Positions 61,479 to 64,000 of a stretch of DNA of 64,000 nucleotides are shown here, piece after piece (positions within the stretch are counted from its first letter, which is position 1; each line of letters opens with the position of its first letter). The stretch is taken from contig CAWBQK010000003.1 in assembly GCA_963791045.1 (NCBI GenBank), positions 43,682 to 107,681 on the forward strand, written 5' to 3'. This stretch comes from Candidatus Latescibacterota bacterium. Its GTDB lineage: Bacteria; Krumholzibacteriota; Krumholzibacteriia; WVZY01. Under the pieces are notes generated by a model. The model saw only the letters and a list, made by a program, of their open reading frames with translations, was not told the DNA's origin and did not search any database. The translations under genes were made by a program, and so were the position numbers.

Positions 61479-63284
61479 ATGACGGACGACAGAGAAGACC
61501 GATTGTCACCCGATATCAAGTTTCATCTTGTTCGAAAAATCGAATGCCACAAGGTGATTGGCTTGGCGGGTCCGGAGTTGCTTCCACACGAGTCAAAGTA
61601 TCTCGAGTTTCACAAGCTCTCAGGCGTAATTCTCTTCGAACGGAATATCCAGAGTTCTCCCCAGGTGCGGGAACTCGTCGAGCAGGTCAATGAACGGCTC
61701 TCCGTCGACGATCACGGGACGCCGCTCATAATGGTTGACCACGAGGGCGACTTCGTGGCCGAGCTCAAGGAACTCATCGGCGTCCCGCCGTCCGCGATGG
61801 CTATCGGGGCGACGGGGGATCCGGCGTTTGCCCGGGAGGTGGCGTACGAGACCGGTGTCGCGATGCAAAAACTCGGCGTGAACGTGGTTCTCGCCCCCGT
61901 AGCGGATTGTTACTTCGATCCGGCCTGCTCGGTGACCGGTCTTCGCACCTTTGGAAAGGATCCCGATCGTGTCGCGGAATTTGTCTGCGAGACCATACGC
62001 GGTTACTCCGATGCGGGAGTGGTGACGTGTGTGAAGCATTTTCCGGGTCACGGATCGACAGGTGAGGACTCTCATGTGACCCTGCCGAAAGTTGACAAGT
62101 CGCTGGACGATCTGCGCGCGAGCGATCTCGTGCCTTTTGACAACGCGATTCGGGCGGGAGCCGACATGGTAATGATGTCGCACGTGGCGTTTTCGTTGGC
62201 ATCGGCGGACGCGGGGGTCATCCCGGCGAGTTTTGACAGCCGGCTCATCGACGGCGTCTTGAGAAAAGAACTTGGATTCGAGGGCCCGATCATAACCGAC
62301 GCTCTTGAAATGGAAGGGGCGAGGGCGCATGTGAAGGAGCGTTACGGCGGGCTTACCGGCGGTTTTGAGAGGTCAATTCTTGCCGGGTGCGATCTACTTC
62401 TTTACTCCCAGCCCGTGCCCGAGAGAATTGTGACGCAAAAAGACGGCGAGCCTATGATTGCCGTTGAAGTGATGCAGACGATAATCGACACGCTCGAACG
62501 GATCGTCGACAGGGAACGAATCGACAAGAAGCTCGAAGAAGCGGCCGAGGAAAACGAGGGGATACGAAATCTTCTTCAGATTCTCAATGTATCGGAAGCA
62601 CGAATTGCCCGCCTGAGAGAACGCGCGGGGGAACGTCAACCGCCCCCCAAACCAAAGGCGGGCGGCAACGTCATCAGTCTCCAGGATTATGCGGTGACTC
62701 CGGGCGTCTACAAGACGGCGGCGGAACGAAGCATCATCCTCGCTCGGGATCCGCTTCCATTTGTTCCCGTCGGGAAATCGCGGGAGTGTGTGGTGGTCGG
62801 TATCGAGTACGCGCCCAGCGAATCAATTAAGCGGCAGGACCTCTCCGGTTTTGTTGATGCGCTCTGCCGGAATTTCCCGTCGTGGGAATCCATACCGACG
62901 ATTGTTGATTTCGAGAAGGATGAAGAGGGGGGATTTCAGCCGACTTTCGAGGCGCCCACCGGGATGGTGATGGACGCGGCTCGTTTTGATCCGAGAGCCG
63001 ACGATGGATTCGAAACTTACCAGGTGCCCGCCAACGCCGTTTTGCTACCCGTGTTCTCCACGCGGGGAATGCCGCCTCCGGAATTTATGGAGGGGCTCGA
63101 GAGTTTTGTCGTGGGGACGGGCGCTCCGTTTGTGATCGTCACCGGCTGGCCGATTTTTGGCTGGGTCCCGGGATCAGTCGGGGTTCTCCTGACGCTGGGA
63201 GCATCCGCGCAGGTTGCCGCCGCGGCGAGCGCCGTACTCAAGGGTGAATGCGAGCCCCAGGGTTCACTCAGGGACATCCTTTAA
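61479..63284 (+). CDS. nagZ: GH3 beta-N-acetylhexosaminidase with C-terminal extension
   Basis: GVILFERN, LAPVAD, KHFPGHG..DSH and ITDALEM; operonic with murQ and anmK. Confidence 0.82.
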   Translation: MTDDREDRLSPDIKFHLVRKIECHKVIGLAGPELLPHESKYLEFHKLSGVILFERNIQSSPQVRELVEQVNERLSVDDHGTPLIMVDHEGDFVAELKELIGVPPSAMAIGATGDPAFAREVAYETGVAMQKLGVNVVLAPVADCYFDPACSVTGLRTFGKDPDRVAEFVCETIRGYSDAGVVTCVKHFPGHGSTGEDSHVTLPKVDKSLDDLRASDLVPFDNAIRAGADMVMMSHVAFSLASADAGVIPASFDSRLIDGVLRKELGFEGPIITDALEMEGARAHVKERYGGLTGGFERSILAGCDLLLYSQPVPERIVTQKDGEPMIAVEVMQTIIDTLERIVDRERIDKKLEEAAEENEGIRNLLQILNVSEARIARLRERAGERQPPPKPKAGGNVISLQDYAVTPGVYKTAAERSIILARDPLPFVPVGKSRECVVVGIEYAPSESIKRQDLSGFVDALCRNFPSWESIPTIVDFEKDEEGGFQPTFEAPTGMVMDAARFDPRADDGFETYQVPANAVLLPVFSTRGMPPPEFMEGLESFVVGTGAPFVIVTGWPIFGWVPGSVGVLLTLGASAQVAAAASAVLKGECEPQGSLRDIL

Positions 63285-63378
63285 AGCCGAAAAACAGCCC
63301 TTTGAGGCGGGTTTTCAGGCCGAGTGAGCCTACGGTCCCAAATATCACCTAAAGGCTTGCCCAAGCTGCAAATCCGAA

Positions 63379-63407
63379 TTGACAACAGCCGGAAACGGTG
63401 TTAACTT
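63379..63407 (+). promoter_or_regulatory. Putative promoter of tRNA-Asp
   Basis: TTGACA-N17-TAACTT. Confidence 0.5.
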
Positions 63408-63448
63408 GTGTCCGTTCTACGACGCTTGAAATTTGACAAAAATTGGGC

Positions 63449-63525
63449 GGGGTCGTAGTTCAGTTGGTTAGAACGCCTGCCTGTCACGCAGGAGGTCGCG
63501 AGTTCGAGTCTCGTCGGCCCCGCCA
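63449..63525 (+). tRNA. tRNA-Asp(GTC)
   Basis: Acceptor stem GGGGTCG/CGGCCCC, anticodon arm CCTGC-CTGTCAC-GCAGG, T-loop GTTCGAG and encoded CCA. Confidence 0.97.
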
Positions 63526-63589
63526 TTTAGTGTTTCTATATTCAATATGTTACGAGCCTCACCGTTGGGGCTCGTTTCTGTCAGGTGAT

Positions 63590-63800
63590 CTTCAAGTGCC
63601 ACTTTTGTGCCACTTTCCAGCTCACAAAGGCTTTCAACAGCAGCACGTTCGTGCTCTTCATCCGCGTTCAAATATTTCATTGTGGTTTCTATCCGGCTGT
63701 GACCCATTAGTCGTTTGATGTAGATGACATGGGCTCCTCGCTGGGCTAATCGAGTTCCGAATACGTGACGAAGATCGTGAAAACGGATGTGCGGAATACC
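63590..63800 (-). pseudogene. C-terminal fragment of a tyrosine recombinase/integrase
   Basis: GIPHIRFHDLRHVFGTRLAQRGAHVIYIKRLMGHSRIETTMKYL carries the H-x-x-R, GH and Y catalytic motifs and is preceded directly by an in-frame TAG. Confidence 0.85.
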
Positions 63801-64000
63801 CTACCGTTTTACTTGTGGCTTCTGTTTATTCCGTCCGCTTTACCTTACTTGCACTTACCCTGATTCAAACATTATATAAATTCTATGATATTTCGAATCC
63901 TACGCACCATAATTCCGGCGCTGAGGTCGGACCGTGCGTTATTTCCAGGAAACAGTTAAGTCCAATAATAACAGCGCGGACGACATTTTCAGGAGGGACA

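Noticed and set aside
63443-63718. ORFs overlapping tRNA-Asp (and 46354..46751 over tRNA-Val)
   Set aside because: These are translations through tRNA genes; only the minus-strand integrase motif segment is credible.

Overview
A GC-rich bacterial chromosomal window. Diderm markers (OprO/P porin, AsmA, a C25/PorU-like protein with a YPNPF tail) and the yggS-divIVA-ileS gene order suggest an uncultured FCB-related lineage such as Krumholzibacteriota or Latescibacterota; this is inference only. In order it holds pstSCAB, metE, a sulfotransferase plus flippase, an HDAC-family gene, asmA, a Crp/Fnr regulator and yihY, then phoB-phoR-porin-phoU, an MFS transporter and acs. Next come nrdAB (class Ic signature, paired NrdR boxes), yggS-divIVA-DUF167-PNP-ileS-dksA/traR-lspA-rluD, an Rsb-like partner-switching module, ruvX-mltG-larE and tRNA-Val. 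The end carries murQ-anmK-spoIID/lytB-nagZ and tRNA-Asp with an integrase remnant. The standout is an ~11 kb locus (46.8-57.9 kb). Six small secreted Cys-rich proteins from two families all end in the same 'VP-x-x-[DE]-[TS]-[TS]-WGK-[VI]-KS-[LI]-[YF]' tail. They sit beside a ~1380-aa gingipain/PorU-like C25 peptidase and are bracketed by two dockerin-like proteins, which makes this a candidate undescribed protein-sorting or surface-assembly system. pstS, metE, nrdA, acs, rluD, the C25 gene and anmK are frameshifted, most likely through sequencing or assembly indels. All calls come from reading the sequence; no database searches were run.
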